Below are positions 19,201 to 26,822 of a stretch of 29,702 bases of DNA, in pieces (position 1 is the stretch's first letter; every line of letters starts with the position of its first letter). The DNA is from a virus (Duplodnaviria > Caudoviricetes). The notes below the pieces were generated by a model. The model had not been told where the DNA came from and ran no database searches. It worked only from the letters and a program-made list of their open reading frames with translations. Location of the stretch: positions 1 to 29,702 of the IMG/VR virus record IMGVR_UViG_3300008255_004734. One strand, 5' to 3'. A program made the translations under genes and the position numbers.

Positions 19201-20074
19201 TCCTGATGATCCTGATGCATTGTTTCAGGTTCATGGCGGTGGGGCCGGAAATCGGGAAAAGAACAATGCCCTTCATGGTCCCAAGTTTCAGCCATACTCC
19301 ATTGAAATACGGATGAAGGATGGTTCACGCAGATACATAACCTTTCAGTATTCGCCATTTGCCATTGGGCTTGCGGTGCTGGGCCATTACCATGATGCGG
19401 TTCGTTACAAGCGGTTCGATGATGAAGAACGCAATGCACGGTTTGCGGCGGCAATGCTCGGGGCCGGTCATGTGCTGTTGGATGCATCGTTCCTGTCCAA
19501 TGCGGCTGATTTTTTGAAGCTGTGGAGTAGCGGCACGGAAAGCACGGAACGTGCGCTTTACCGTTTTCTAGGTCGCACATTCAATCCGGCCAATGCGGTG
19601 CCGTTCACCAATCTGATTCGCAATCTGGATTCTGACTTTGATCCGGTAAAGCGGGACCGGGCATCAATTGTGGCGAGTCTTTACGGAAACATGCCGGTGG
19701 TGCAACGGGTGAACAAACCGGCCATTGATATTTTGGGTGATGTGATTACAAACCGGCCTTTCGATTGGCTGACTAGGGCGGAAGCTGCGGGCACGCCTGA
19801 AGCACGCATCTACTGGGCGTTTGCGGCAAAGAATGCCACACCGTCAAACACCTATTATTACAAAGGGCAGATGGATCCGGAACAGTTCTATGACTTTGTG
19901 AAGTTCAGGGGGGAGTATATCAAGGACACTCTGCTGGAAAACAACATGGCATATCTGAAGGAACTGGAAGGGCACACGGATGAAGATGCCAAGAAGTTTA
20001 TGACTAATCTATCAACGTATGCGAACGACTACGCCAAGGCCCGGGTGGGCTTTGTTCCAAAGTTGCGCAAATAA
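13271..20074 (+). CDS. large polyvalent internal virion (ejection) protein with ADP-ribosyltransferase-like (ART-PolyVal) domain
   Basis: 2267 aa between the ejection genes and the tail fibre; contains TPAFKAWFGDSKVVDAEGKPLVVYHGT...GFYFT...QIKS.GNRGTFD. Confidence 0.85.
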   Translation: MINLEQDDARLLIDAVETEKDAAKRTDMLQMLSDYRDQRKAAGLPAFGATPGEKRDTRQRHELIFGAGLDKVDQTLPDAERVQFNELLKRSADPEAVKAKAINQAFVADNWPESAKYIDGNWEAVKKSYAKQVFGVDAEEIPDTKLYGMIAGKLKGEADERAVVGDMLAQVQMEAAKGGNFLESWGKVSKTLQGNAAWNKENNDKYRLAAKKVFDEAALNTSPIRSAITVGQEYYKLAAEGKDAGDAFDAFLHELDRLEPAEQEQALSLAIAGAVDHSAKPRGEEGEAGLIEKTAVQLERTIGAFPASIGRYVGQVVLSNVERSGGADLADVARAKRYEDLKAKITEGLVDAIDPVKSKNRLVNGLYDAIDSVPYMLTASTLIGLPMVLVAIAEDSRRKFVDAGIPAKEAEALAMVSAIPQAAIERLQGSMLLGKLPGAEKWLTKAVTTKLGLAKKFLAVAGIETVQQNAEEALQDITPPMVQEVASWFSDAYPDVNWTKELAQYRQGRVDTFFAMLPMVLVGTGTSSFKDASYGLQYLQNVKVIRASGFTDAAAAEIVDRASTGDLAGAEQLVKDGWTDAAKRPKAAIEVDTAAAAGEVGAMDQANLEADAAAMAELDADMQASYEEAANPMGATAVLLEDGSWEVKDEEGNTVDIASTPEAARELVKLVDEAANLNTETAINDLVDYFNARAETGSTIEVMEQSKPLADKVSAGELTAEEAAHSIRLAVQFGQMEAGATAEDTKVLGENVAQFNAKERIFEDVSRIYYGANPLTLVEEKAEGYLKRRLQDGTLDLSEIDAWREQIDGPQADKSSRALTEWFSKWAQGYIVGNADNAAIPSSFRAFLLKLKQYLGEVMGIAARYAELDAAGKLDKGFKDHLARAVGLDENWLAGRARAEAKAAASQADASQYEGRAALMEIGLPKPSVANGELNTLWDSLNFVQRQALFKGNKSLDQVAELLREDYGFGWVVGPNEVLDLAERVFMRGEKVYGQRQGDGATFSLGQIETPAFKAWFGDSKVVDAEGKPLVVYHGTKAQMEEGFAFDYGRIQGRNEGAGFYFTDSKQVAAGYGTDGMVISAYLSIQNPMRYDHPSFKKGVLKKLITRIAEMEANKQGEDIEDGFLANFGDARTDGLASVIANAVELIAGDATALDQISGIVGSGVQAEIVNRAVVEVTKFDGIMANGFSNLGVGVHGVKQTIYVAFLPEQIKSIGNRGTFDATDPNITHALASERKTREIEQVMRERRVSQRISTGEHKGNAFDPRLQERMKAMMYRVVSLPETVSEALKVIQENGVADVARIAQSETPLVPRSVQVALNAALIEHYNATGEMDAAFEAAERSAELGTELGRAVNAFKLLGNVLDTPAKAQAFFARQANRVKRSYREKQPAIDAAKQTVNDVRKEALKLLQSWLDELNGTVKLSKQAVARVEDLPNVTFSLSAGVRESGLITVVAKMLQESGAKQTTEVLREKYGKRVEEHLPELLIAGQKLINQRLNAKAKKTAKTAKKGDAKAKGEKVAPDAVKASETGMSEDLAEKATEEVTKRLKVRNLETPESVRDAVKNLFKKHGLSVTPEVIDEVFKEKFNIPGLSDAQKVRLGELAKNIASTPEDSAERTDAIITLTDFVNNAMGKVDAIDKAWSVWYSNILSGYNTHIRNTYANAWSLTTELPVSALSVNPVETIGKLRAIFEGGGGGLRLGAKEFIEQLRTGDTSILRSGKNKFRGNDALEHSPFAGGNKNPFNWLKVVKRALTAEDLFGFATAQEIKARMVAWEMADVKGLKGEERMAEIERLLNNTNDQLADFGLRAAGEWDKLTPELQQENEKQSWVARRVAELRINERDALLIERASDFAARAMFNYKPDGIVGIIANSLIDYMGAAGGMKIDSKTDLILKALATSPKLVIPFIRVGANVLNRGIDYSGLGFLGGRGLVKSKLVGSAKSGLRGEAKTVDELHMERARGVLGLAVLGIIGALSNPDDPDALFQVHGGGAGNREKNNALHGPKFQPYSIEIRMKDGSRRYITFQYSPFAIGLAVLGHYHDAVRYKRFDDEERNARFAAAMLGAGHVLLDASFLSNAADFLKLWSSGTESTERALYRFLGRTFNPANAVPFTNLIRNLDSDFDPVKRDRASIVASLYGNMPVVQRVNKPAIDILGDVITNRPFDWLTRAEAAGTPEARIYWAFAAKNATPSNTYYYKGQMDPEQFYDFVKFRGEYIKDTLLENNMAYLKELEGHTDEDAKKFMTNLSTYANDYAKARVGFVPKLRK

Positions 20075-20112
20075 TCAATCTGTGATTCAAACCATATAAC
20101 GGGGGCTTACCA

Positions 20113-21702
20113 ATGATCTCATCTGAAACAAACAAAGCGGCTTTTACTCTGACTACTACCAATCAGACGCTGGCATTTTCCTTCTATATCCTGGCGGCTG
20201 AAGACATAGAGGTGGTGGCAACTGACACTGATGGGGTGGATACACTACTGGTGCTGAACACGCATTACACGGTCAGTGTTGTGGGTCAGAGCATTACCAT
20301 GATCGGCGGCACGGCCACTGATGTTATTTCGGTCTATCGGGCAACGCCACTGACTCAAGAAACAAGCGGTTCATTCAATGGTCAGTTTGCATCTGCCGGT
20401 TATGAGGCTGCGCTAGATCGGCTGGCAATGCAGGTTCAGCGGTTGGATTTGGTGACTGATCGGTGTTTGCGGGTGCCCAACAGCAACGCGGTTGTGGCGG
20501 CAATGACGGTGGCAAATCGGTCAAGCAACGTGGTTGGCTTTGATTCAAACGGTGAGCTTACTTTTTATGTTGTCACAGGAACGGAGCTATCTGCGATTAC
20601 GGTCCAGGGCACGGCTAATCAAGTGTTGGTCAATGGTGCTGGGGGCACGCCAACAACGGGGGCAATTATTCTGACTCTGCCGCAATCCATCGCCACTACC
20701 AGCGATGTGCGCTTTGCTGGCATCGGAATTGGGCAAGTGGTGGGAACAGAAAATGATTTGGCTATCACTCGTTCCACGCCTACAACGACTGCGCAAGCAT
20801 GTGTGGTGGTCGGTGGTGGTCTTACGGCTGCGTATGATCTGCATCCCAATGCGTTTCGTGATGGAACACAATTCACGCCTACGGTTGCGGCTGATGCCTA
20901 TGCTTCGTATGACGCAATTCCAAATGTAGGCGGCTCGGTCAATTTGAACCATTTCAGGGGATTCCAGTTTCGCGGGGCGTTTTCGGGGTCGGCTACTCTT
21001 GGTGAAATCAGCGGGTTTCACAATGAAACTATTGTGGCGTCAGGAACGGTTACGGGGTTGAAAATGTTTCATGGTGTTAAACCAAGTATTTCGGGTGGCA
21101 CGGTAACAACTGTGTATGGGCTTTACATAGATGATTTGGTGTCTGCCGGAACGAATCGGTATGCCATTTGGACAAATGGTGATGATGCTTGGTTCAATGC
21201 CGGTGGGAGCATATTCACTTCTGCTCTGCTTACCTTGCCTGCGGGTGCAACTACGGCACGTTTGGGCTGCACGTTTGACCAAACCAGTCAGACTGGTCTT
21301 GCGATAATGAACAGCAATGCGACGGCAACAGGCACGCTGGTAAGCTTCTGTAACAATGGTGGCACGGTGCAAGGCACGATCACCCAAACCAACTCAACTA
21401 CGGTTGCATACAACACTACTTCCGATGGCCGGCTGAAGGAGAACGTGCGTGAGATTACGGATAGCGGTGCATTGATTGATGCAATTAAGCCTGTGCTGCA
21501 TGATTGGAAATGGGGCGGCAAGGATGCGCATGGTTTCATCGCACAGGAATTGTATGAGGTGTATCCTGAAGCGGTGGTGGTGGGCGATGCCGGTAAAGAA
21601 GTGGAACATGCATGGGGCGTGGATTATTCCAAGCTGGTGCCGGTGCTGACTGCTGAAATTAAATCTCTGCGTAGTCGTGTGGCTGCGTTGGAAGCTGCGT
21701 AA
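20113..21702 (+). CDS. tail fibre/spike with C-terminal peptidase S74 intramolecular chaperone
   Basis: Podovirus-type N-terminal anchor (F.F.I....DI.V; LDRL.M.VQ), Gly/Thr-rich body, TTSDGRLKEN...GFIAQE...VDYSKL plus terminal coiled coil. Confidence 0.9.
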   Translation: MISSETNKAAFTLTTTNQTLAFSFYILAAEDIEVVATDTDGVDTLLVLNTHYTVSVVGQSITMIGGTATDVISVYRATPLTQETSGSFNGQFASAGYEAALDRLAMQVQRLDLVTDRCLRVPNSNAVVAAMTVANRSSNVVGFDSNGELTFYVVTGTELSAITVQGTANQVLVNGAGGTPTTGAIILTLPQSIATTSDVRFAGIGIGQVVGTENDLAITRSTPTTTAQACVVVGGGLTAAYDLHPNAFRDGTQFTPTVAADAYASYDAIPNVGGSVNLNHFRGFQFRGAFSGSATLGEISGFHNETIVASGTVTGLKMFHGVKPSISGGTVTTVYGLYIDDLVSAGTNRYAIWTNGDDAWFNAGGSIFTSALLTLPAGATTARLGCTFDQTSQTGLAIMNSNATATGTLVSFCNNGGTVQGTITQTNSTTVAYNTTSDGRLKENVREITDSGALIDAIKPVLHDWKWGGKDAHGFIAQELYEVYPEAVVVGDAGKEVEHAWGVDYSKLVPVLTAEIKSLRSRVAALEAA

Positions 21703-21720
21703 GTCAACCCAAATACCCAA

Positions 21721-21996
21721 ATGAAAGAAATACCAAACAAGTCACTTACTGATACTGTTACAACTGCGTCTTTGCTAATGGTGGCATTGAACAATCCCGG
21801 TGAGAAAGGATTAGACTTTTCTTTGATCCGTGCCCGCAACCGGGTGGCTGATGCGGTGGCAAAGGCGGATGAGCCTGGGGCGGTGATCAAACTTGAGGAT
21901 GCCGATTACAAGGTTGCGCAAGATGCGGTTGCTTCAGTGCGCTGGGCCAAGCCTGACAGACATTTGATCGCCTTTGCTGAACAGTTTGGGTTGTGA
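21721..21996 (+). CDS. hypothetical protein (possible tail-fibre-associated chaperone)
   Basis: 91-aa ORF with A/C-rich leader directly after the fibre gene; function inferred from position only. Confidence 0.65.
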   Translation: MKEIPNKSLTDTVTTASLLMVALNNPGEKGLDFSLIRARNRVADAVAKADEPGAVIKLEDADYKVAQDAVASVRWAKPDRHLIAFAEQFGL

Positions 21997-21998
21997 GT

Positions 21999-22769
21999 AT
22001 GAAACGGGTAGCAATAGTTCTCTTGGTGTATCTGATGCTGCCCGGTTGCGTTAGTCAGTCCGGCAATGTAGATGGGGTGACTTGGTATAATCCTGCTACG
22101 TGGTTCAGTGGAGTGGCAGGCCGCAAGGCGGGGCGAATAGAAGCCAAAACCGATGAGGCTAGGGGCAAGGCACTCAAGCAGGCGCAAAGAGCCGTAAAAG
22201 AGACAGAACAGGCATTAAATGCGGCTCCGGTAAGTCGCTCTGTTCAGGTTGCCCAAGCAAGCAATGATCAAGCGTCGGGTCTGCTGGATCAATTGGCCGG
22301 ACCAATGACGGTGGATGAATTGGCACTGGTGAGGGAACAGGTGCGGCTTTTGTTGTCTGACATTGAATCAGAAAGGACGGAAGGGGCACGGTTGAGAGAG
22401 TCCAATAACAATCTGTCGTCCAAGGTATCGGAGACGCTGGGCGAACTGGCTGCGGCCAAAGCCAAGAACGATCAGGATTTGGCAAAGGCTTTTGAGCGTG
22501 AAAACAAGCTGGCTAACGATCTGCGCAATGAACGCTGGTGGTCGTGGTTCTGGCGTATCAGCATTGGCACGATTGCGGTGCTTGGGGTGGCTGCATTCTT
22601 CTATGTGCGCTTAAGCCTTGGCGGAATGCCGACTGCGCTTGGCCGGTCGCTGGTTTCGGCAAGAAAAGAGAATCCTGAACTCGCCCGGTTGATGGAAACT
22701 CATTTGGACGTAAATTTGACGCCAAAAGAGCAATCTATGATACGACTAATTACTTCAAAGGTGTCATGA
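21999..22769 (+). CDS. lipoprotein with coiled coil and C-terminal TM helix (unimolecular-spanin-like)
   Basis: MKR + hydrophobic core + LPGC (Cys17); long Ala/Glu/Leu heptad region; TM segment ISIGTIAVLGVAAFFYV. Confidence 0.6.
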   Translation: MKRVAIVLLVYLMLPGCVSQSGNVDGVTWYNPATWFSGVAGRKAGRIEAKTDEARGKALKQAQRAVKETEQALNAAPVSRSVQVAQASNDQASGLLDQLAGPMTVDELALVREQVRLLLSDIESERTEGARLRESNNNLSSKVSETLGELAAAKAKNDQDLAKAFERENKLANDLRNERWWSWFWRISIGTIAVLGVAAFFYVRLSLGGMPTALGRSLVSARKENPELARLMETHLDVNLTPKEQSMIRLITSKVS

Positions 22770-22825
22770 AAACCTGTATCCATACTGAAATTCCAGTATG
22801 CGCAGGGGTTGCCTGCCATGGATGA
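22766..22825 (+). CDS. 19-aa mini-ORF MKTCIHTEIPVCAGVACHG
   Basis: ATG overlaps the upstream stop (ATGA) and its stop overlaps the next start (ATGGATGA). Confidence 0.3.
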   Translation: MKTCIHTEIPVCAGVACHG

Positions 22826-23207
22826 AAATCCCATAGAATCCGAAGCAAAGGCGGGTCTTATGACTGATCAACAGATTGAACAACTGCATGTGACCGTAAC
22901 TAGGCTCACGGCATTCCTTAACTTGCTGAAAGTTATGACGGGTATTTTGTCGGTAATTGTGGGGGCAATTATCGCGGTCGCACTGTGGGTGAACAATACA
23001 TCAACGGCGGTGGCGGCAATACAACAAGCGGTGAATCAAACTGTGAAGAGCCGGGAACAAACCCTTTTGGAATGGAGCAAATGGCGGGAACAAAAAGACG
23101 CGATTGATACGCGCATGGTGGTGCTGTTTGAAAATCAGCAATCCATGATGAACCGGCTCCAAGATCGTCAGGACAAGATACGAGAGGCTTTGCCGAACAG
23201 ACCCTGA
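22818..23207 (+). CDS. single-TM coiled-coil membrane protein (holin- or spanin-like)
   Basis: TM segment VMTGILSVIVGAIIAVALWV then a Q/E/R-rich coiled coil; last + strand gene. Start uncertain (22809, 22818 or 22860). Confidence 0.55.
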   Translation: MDENPIESEAKAGLMTDQQIEQLHVTVTRLTAFLNLLKVMTGILSVIVGAIIAVALWVNNTSTAVAAIQQAVNQTVKSREQTLLEWSKWREQKDAIDTRMVVLFENQQSMMNRLQDRQDKIREALPNRP

Positions 23208-23212
23208 TTGAG

Positions 23213-23785
23213 TCAATTGTCGGGTTGGCGCAATACGACGTGCCAAAGGTATTTGGCCCACCAGTAAACGGTCAGACCGATGCTCCTCCACCAAAGGTGC
23301 TTAACCTTTATGTCTCTGAAGGTGGGTTTGCAGCCAAAGAAACGGTAGCAATAGGTAATTGGCTGGCCGTCCTGATGCTGCCAGTTCTGGAAGAAGTTGC
23401 CTGGTGATGGCTCTTGGCTGCTGCTGCTCCAATTGCCAATTTCTATGTCCACGGTTTCAGGGGGCACGCCAATGTTCCAATCAATGAAGCGGTTGTTGTA
23501 GCTACCGCCTTTGAGGGTCAAAACGTATTGATCTCCGGCCTGTTGGATGGTGAAGCGTTTCAGGGTATTGTCACTGCTGCCGGTCATGTCCACGGCATCT
23601 TCTGTCCCGCCACGGCTGATATTGAAATCGGTAAAGAGACGGTTTACCCGCTTGTAGAATTTCACGGTGTCTTGCCAAGTGCCAAGATAGAATGACGGTG
23701 GGCCTGGGGTGAAGTTCATGTTGGAAGCATCAAGCTGTTCAACTGAGTCAAAGCTGAAAAAGTTTCTGTCGTGGCGGGTGCTCAT
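23213..23785 (-). CDS. putative parallel beta-helix (pectin-lyase-like) protein with aromatic C-terminal helix
   Basis: ATG 23785 overlaps the resolvase stop; coil-like segments GGTEDAVDM, LTLKGGSYNNRF, DIEIGNW; Trp-rich tail. Confidence 0.55.
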   Translation of the reverse strand: MSTRHDRNFFSFDSVEQLDASNMNFTPGPPSFYLGTWQDTVKFYKRVNRLFTDFNISRGGTEDAVDMTGSSDNTLKRFTIQQAGDQYVLTLKGGSYNNRFIDWNIGVPPETVDIEIGNWSSSSQEPSPGNFFQNWQHQDGQPITYCYRFFGCKPTFRDIKVKHLWWRSIGLTVYWWAKYLWHVVLRQPDN

Positions 23786-24282
23786 TTTGGTGCTAGGGTT
23801 TGGTTTAGGTGAAGATGCAAGAGGGCAATAGCATCGCACTCGTTGTCATCTGATGTGGTCAGGTCGGGAAAGCGTGTTTTGGTTACTTTGACCATGGCGG
23901 ATTTGTCGGCATTACCTTTGCCGGTCCAATACTTTTTGATGTGGGTCGGTGAGTAGCCAAATACGGGCAAGCGATAGGCGGCGGCATTGAGAAGCAAGAT
24001 GCCACGCAATGCACCGTAGGTCTTGGCTGCGTCTGAACTGCTCCAGCGGTAAACAGATTCGTAGGCAAGGCAATCGGGTCGGTTGTTCTGGATTTCCTCT
24101 CTGAGCCATTTGTGAAAGTCCAAGATGGTTTGTCCGATGTGGTCTGCTGCTTTGGATTTGCAACCTTTGTAGCGGGTGAAGTCTTCTGAGCCTGAATAGA
24201 CAATGCCACTGGCTAGCAGGGCAAAGCCGGTGGTGGTGCCGAGGTCAAGGGCGAGAACTTTGGTGTGGGTTGGGTAGTTCAT
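23782..24282 (-). CDS. RuvC-like Holliday junction resolvase
   Basis: VLALDLGTTTGFA, AYE, KKYWTGKGNADK and DNECDAIA motifs. Confidence 0.88.
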   Translation of the reverse strand: MNYPTHTKVLALDLGTTTGFALLASGIVYSGSEDFTRYKGCKSKAADHIGQTILDFHKWLREEIQNNRPDCLAYESVYRWSSSDAAKTYGALRGILLLNAAAYRLPVFGYSPTHIKKYWTGKGNADKSAMVKVTKTRFPDLTTSDDNECDAIALLHLHLNQTLAPK

Positions 24283-24286
24283 GGGA

Positions 24287-24550
24287 TTATTTCAGCAAAC
24301 CTTGTTCGCGGGCTTGGCGTGGGTGGTTGTGGATCCACGTATGGCAAGGGCGGCAAATGCAAAGCCATGTGGCAGCGTCCAAAAAGTTAGTGCCGGAACG
24401 GCCTGCGGTGTGGTGTATGTCGGTGCTGGGCGCATTGTGGCATTTCTGGCACGTTGGATGGGCTGCAAGGGCTTCTTTGCGCTTGGCGGCATAGATGGCT
24501 AGTCCATGCTTTCTTTTGGTGCTGATGGGGTTTATTCGGGTGCGTTTCAT
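24287..24550 (-). CDS. small HNH-endonuclease-like zinc-binding protein
   Basis: CQKC..DIHH..GR...CRPCHTWIH; basic N-terminus; ATGA overlap. Confidence 0.75.
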   Translation of the reverse strand: MKRTRINPISTKRKHGLAIYAAKRKEALAAHPTCQKCHNAPSTDIHHTAGRSGTNFLDAATWLCICRPCHTWIHNHPRQAREQGLLK

Positions 24551-25002
24551 AGTGGTTGCTTTCCGGTGCAACTTTTAGGGGCGATTGAGTAATGGTTTCC
24601 CCACCTGCTCCATCGTTTGCCTTTGTGGGTGCCGTCAATGTGGTAGGTGATGGGTTTGGCGGCTTTTACGCTGAAGCCTTTGCCTCCATTGAACTTTGCT
24701 TCAGGGGATTTGCAGTCCAGTCCATCCCGGAATTTGCAATCAATGCAGATAAGCATTACACCTGGTATCGGGGTATTTGGTCCGACTTGTGCGTAAAGTC
24801 GTGGATGTGATTCAATGATCTTGTCCGAGCATTTTTCACAAAGGGCGATAAACTTGCGTTCAGGTTTATCGTTTAGGTCGTGTTCGATCCAAATGTGAAC
24901 AAGCTTGGTGTTATCATGTATGCCACAGTTACCGCAAAGCTGGGGGTTGGCCGCGTGAGGTAGCGTTTCGGTAAGCCGGGGCCAAGATCTGACGGTGTTC
25001 AT
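24547..25002 (-). CDS. Cys-rich hypothetical protein (putative zinc-binding)
   Basis: Three CxxC motifs (CGNC, CEKC, CIDC); ATGA overlaps at both ends. Confidence 0.7.
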   Translation of the reverse strand: MNTVRSWPRLTETLPHAANPQLCGNCGIHDNTKLVHIWIEHDLNDKPERKFIALCEKCSDKIIESHPRLYAQVGPNTPIPGVMLICIDCKFRDGLDCKSPEAKFNGGKGFSVKAAKPITYHIDGTHKGKRWSRWGNHYSIAPKSCTGKQPL

Positions 25003-25325
25003 GGTTTGTCGGGATTAAGTTCTGCGGCTATGCTTGGCAGGGTGGTCATCAAAAACTTACGCTGAGCGGCGGCAATGTGCTTACATTGGGTTCTCTTGGG
25101 GTTGATTGAATCTGCATTGCCGTAGAAGTGCCATTGCCCAGGGTGTTCTTTTCGGTTGCGGGCAACGGTGGTGCAATAGTCTTTGCAAATGCATGATCCA
25201 TGGCCTTTGGCTTCTGACAAATCAACGGTGTATGGATATTCCGGCTTTTCCCATGACTCAACCCGGTAACGCATGGGTTCGCCTTCAATTTCTGTAACCT
25301 TGATGGTCTTTTTCAGCTTACCCAT
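24999..25325 (-). CDS. SWIM zinc-finger protein
   Basis: Y.VD....CIC.D...CKHI fits the CxC...CxH SWIM signature; start at MGKLKK, just after the upstream stop. Confidence 0.75.
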   Translation of the reverse strand: MGKLKKTIKVTEIEGEPMRYRVESWEKPEYPYTVDLSEAKGHGSCICKDYCTTVARNRKEHPGQWHFYGNADSINPKRTQCKHIAAAQRKFLMTTLPSIAAELNPDKP

Positions 25326-25326
25326 G

Positions 25327-25623
25327 TCAGGCAAGTTTGAGTTCAGTTTGAACGGTGCGTGGAACAATCCGGCAAAGGCGCACACGTTTCTTGGTAACAG
25401 GGCAAATGGTGGTGCCTGATTCTTCCAATATACCACTGTTGATAAGTTCCGTGATGCGGGGGCGGACTGCGTTCATTTCGTTGAAGCCAAGGGCGGCGGC
25501 AATGGCTCTGTCTGTGCATATGCCAAGGTTTTTAAAGGCATCAAGTATGTGCTGTTCCCTTTGGTTGAATCGCAGCGTTTCGGATCGGAAAGCTGCAAGT
25601 GAATTGGGGTGAAGGTTGGTCAT
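25327..25623 (-). CDS. winged helix-turn-helix DNA-binding protein
   Basis: TDRAIAAALG...NAVRPRITELINSGILEESG. Confidence 0.8.
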   Translation of the reverse strand: MTNLHPNSLAAFRSETLRFNQREQHILDAFKNLGICTDRAIAAALGFNEMNAVRPRITELINSGILEESGTTICPVTKKRVRLCRIVPRTVQTELKLA

Positions 25624-26195
25624 GTTAATTGCCCTTCGTTCTTCCAACATTCCTCGCGCCATGATTGAGGCATCGAAAAAAAGTCATCGTTTTGCAAAGC
25701 GGTGAATCCTGGGGGATCGTAGTGCTCATTTCCATCTTCCGCCTTCCAAGCAGCCTGCTTGGTCCGCATGAAGGCTTGCCAGTTGGCGGGCGGGGTATTG
25801 GTGCGTTCGGTGATTGCGGCCTTTCTCGTGGCTGAATCGGCTCCGTAATGGGCAAGGGTGCGGTCGGCTTTGTTCAACCAGTTCAGGAAACGTCTTGCCG
25901 TAAATCGCTTGTTGTTGGTCTTGCACCAAGCGCGGCACTTGCCGGCCTCGCGTGGCACGTCAATACCGGCATAGGTTTCATCAGAAGAAAACTCGGCAAT
26001 GAGTTCTTCCTCGGACATGCGGATCAATGGAGTCTTCCGCTTTGTGCGTGCCACTAACGGTCTTTCTAGGTTCACAAATTCATTAACCGCGGCCAGCCAT
26101 CGTTCTTTGTTCCAAGCTGGGCCAGATGCTCGCTTTGCGTTTTGAAGCACAATTGAGAGTTTGTGCGCAAATGTCTGCTGGCTTTGCATGATCAT
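25620..26195 (-). CDS. putative replication-initiator/helicase-loader-like protein
   Basis: YAGIDV.RE..K...W......RRFLNWLNKA resembles C-terminal domains of phage replication proteins. Start 26195 or 26189. Confidence 0.5.
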   Translation of the reverse strand: MIMQSQQTFAHKLSIVLQNAKRASGPAWNKERWLAAVNEFVNLERPLVARTKRKTPLIRMSEEELIAEFSSDETYAGIDVPREAGKCRAWCKTNNKRFTARRFLNWLNKADRTLAHYGADSATRKAAITERTNTPPANWQAFMRTKQAAWKAEDGNEHYDPPGFTALQNDDFFSMPQSWREECWKNEGQLT

Positions 26196-26264
26196 TGTGG
26201 GGTGGGTTGAGTGAGATAGATGCCTTGGTATCACGCGCCAAGGCTCGCGGGTGGGGTGCCGGTG

Positions 26265-26786
26265 CTAGTCGCTCTTGGCTTCTGAAAAGTCCAGTGCATC
26301 GCCTTCTTGGGGCTCTGCTTTCTGGCTCTTGCCGTCATCAAGCGGAAGCATCTGTTGGGCGCGTTCGCCTGATGCATATGCTTCGGCTTCTTCAATGAAC
26401 TTTGCCACAAGTTCACCGTGTTTCTTGGCGCACTGCTTCCGGCCTTCTTCGCCTTCCGAACTGTCATCAATCTGGAACATTGGGGTGTTCAAGCGGTGAT
26501 TGGCTTCAGTGGCGGTAAGGGTTTTGAGAAAGTTAATGCTGACGCTGCGGGTGCCGTGCTTGGTGTGGCTGATGGTCATGGCGGTGATGGTCATGCTATG
26601 TTTGTATTCATTACCAATATCCAAGATATTAACGACAACTTCCTTCAGTGCCTGCATTGCTTTGTCAAAGGACGGTAATGGGGCTTCGTGGGCCGTTATG
26701 TCCTGCTTTTCAGTGCCTTTGGTAATGGTCACTTCACGGATGAATCTAACGAATGATTCGTCGCGGATTATTCTTAGTAGCTTCAT
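26265..26786 (-). CDS. hypothetical protein
   Basis: 173-aa ORF with A/C-rich leader, in operon order. Confidence 0.75.
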   Translation of the reverse strand: MKLLRIIRDESFVRFIREVTITKGTEKQDITAHEAPLPSFDKAMQALKEVVVNILDIGNEYKHSMTITAMTISHTKHGTRSVSINFLKTLTATEANHRLNTPMFQIDDSSEGEEGRKQCAKKHGELVAKFIEEAEAYASGERAQQMLPLDDGKSQKAEPQEGDALDFSEAKSD

Positions 26787-26822
26787 GGGTTGTCTGTTGG
26801 TTGTTGTTGTAAACCTTGGGGC

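Noticed and set aside
20113-21702. Diversity-generating retroelement target, given the BPP-1-like gene order
   Set aside because: No reverse transcriptase or TR/VR repeat pair seen; the fibre ends in an S74 chaperone.
23414-23695. + strand ORFs opposite the beta-helix-like gene
   Set aside because: Non-ATG starts and no motifs; the - strand ORF is coupled to the resolvase stop and is the better gene.
26222-26244. Hairpin GCCTTGG...CCAAGGC as a terminator or tRNA fragment
   Set aside because: Only a 7-8-bp stem, no U tract on either strand, no tRNA arms.
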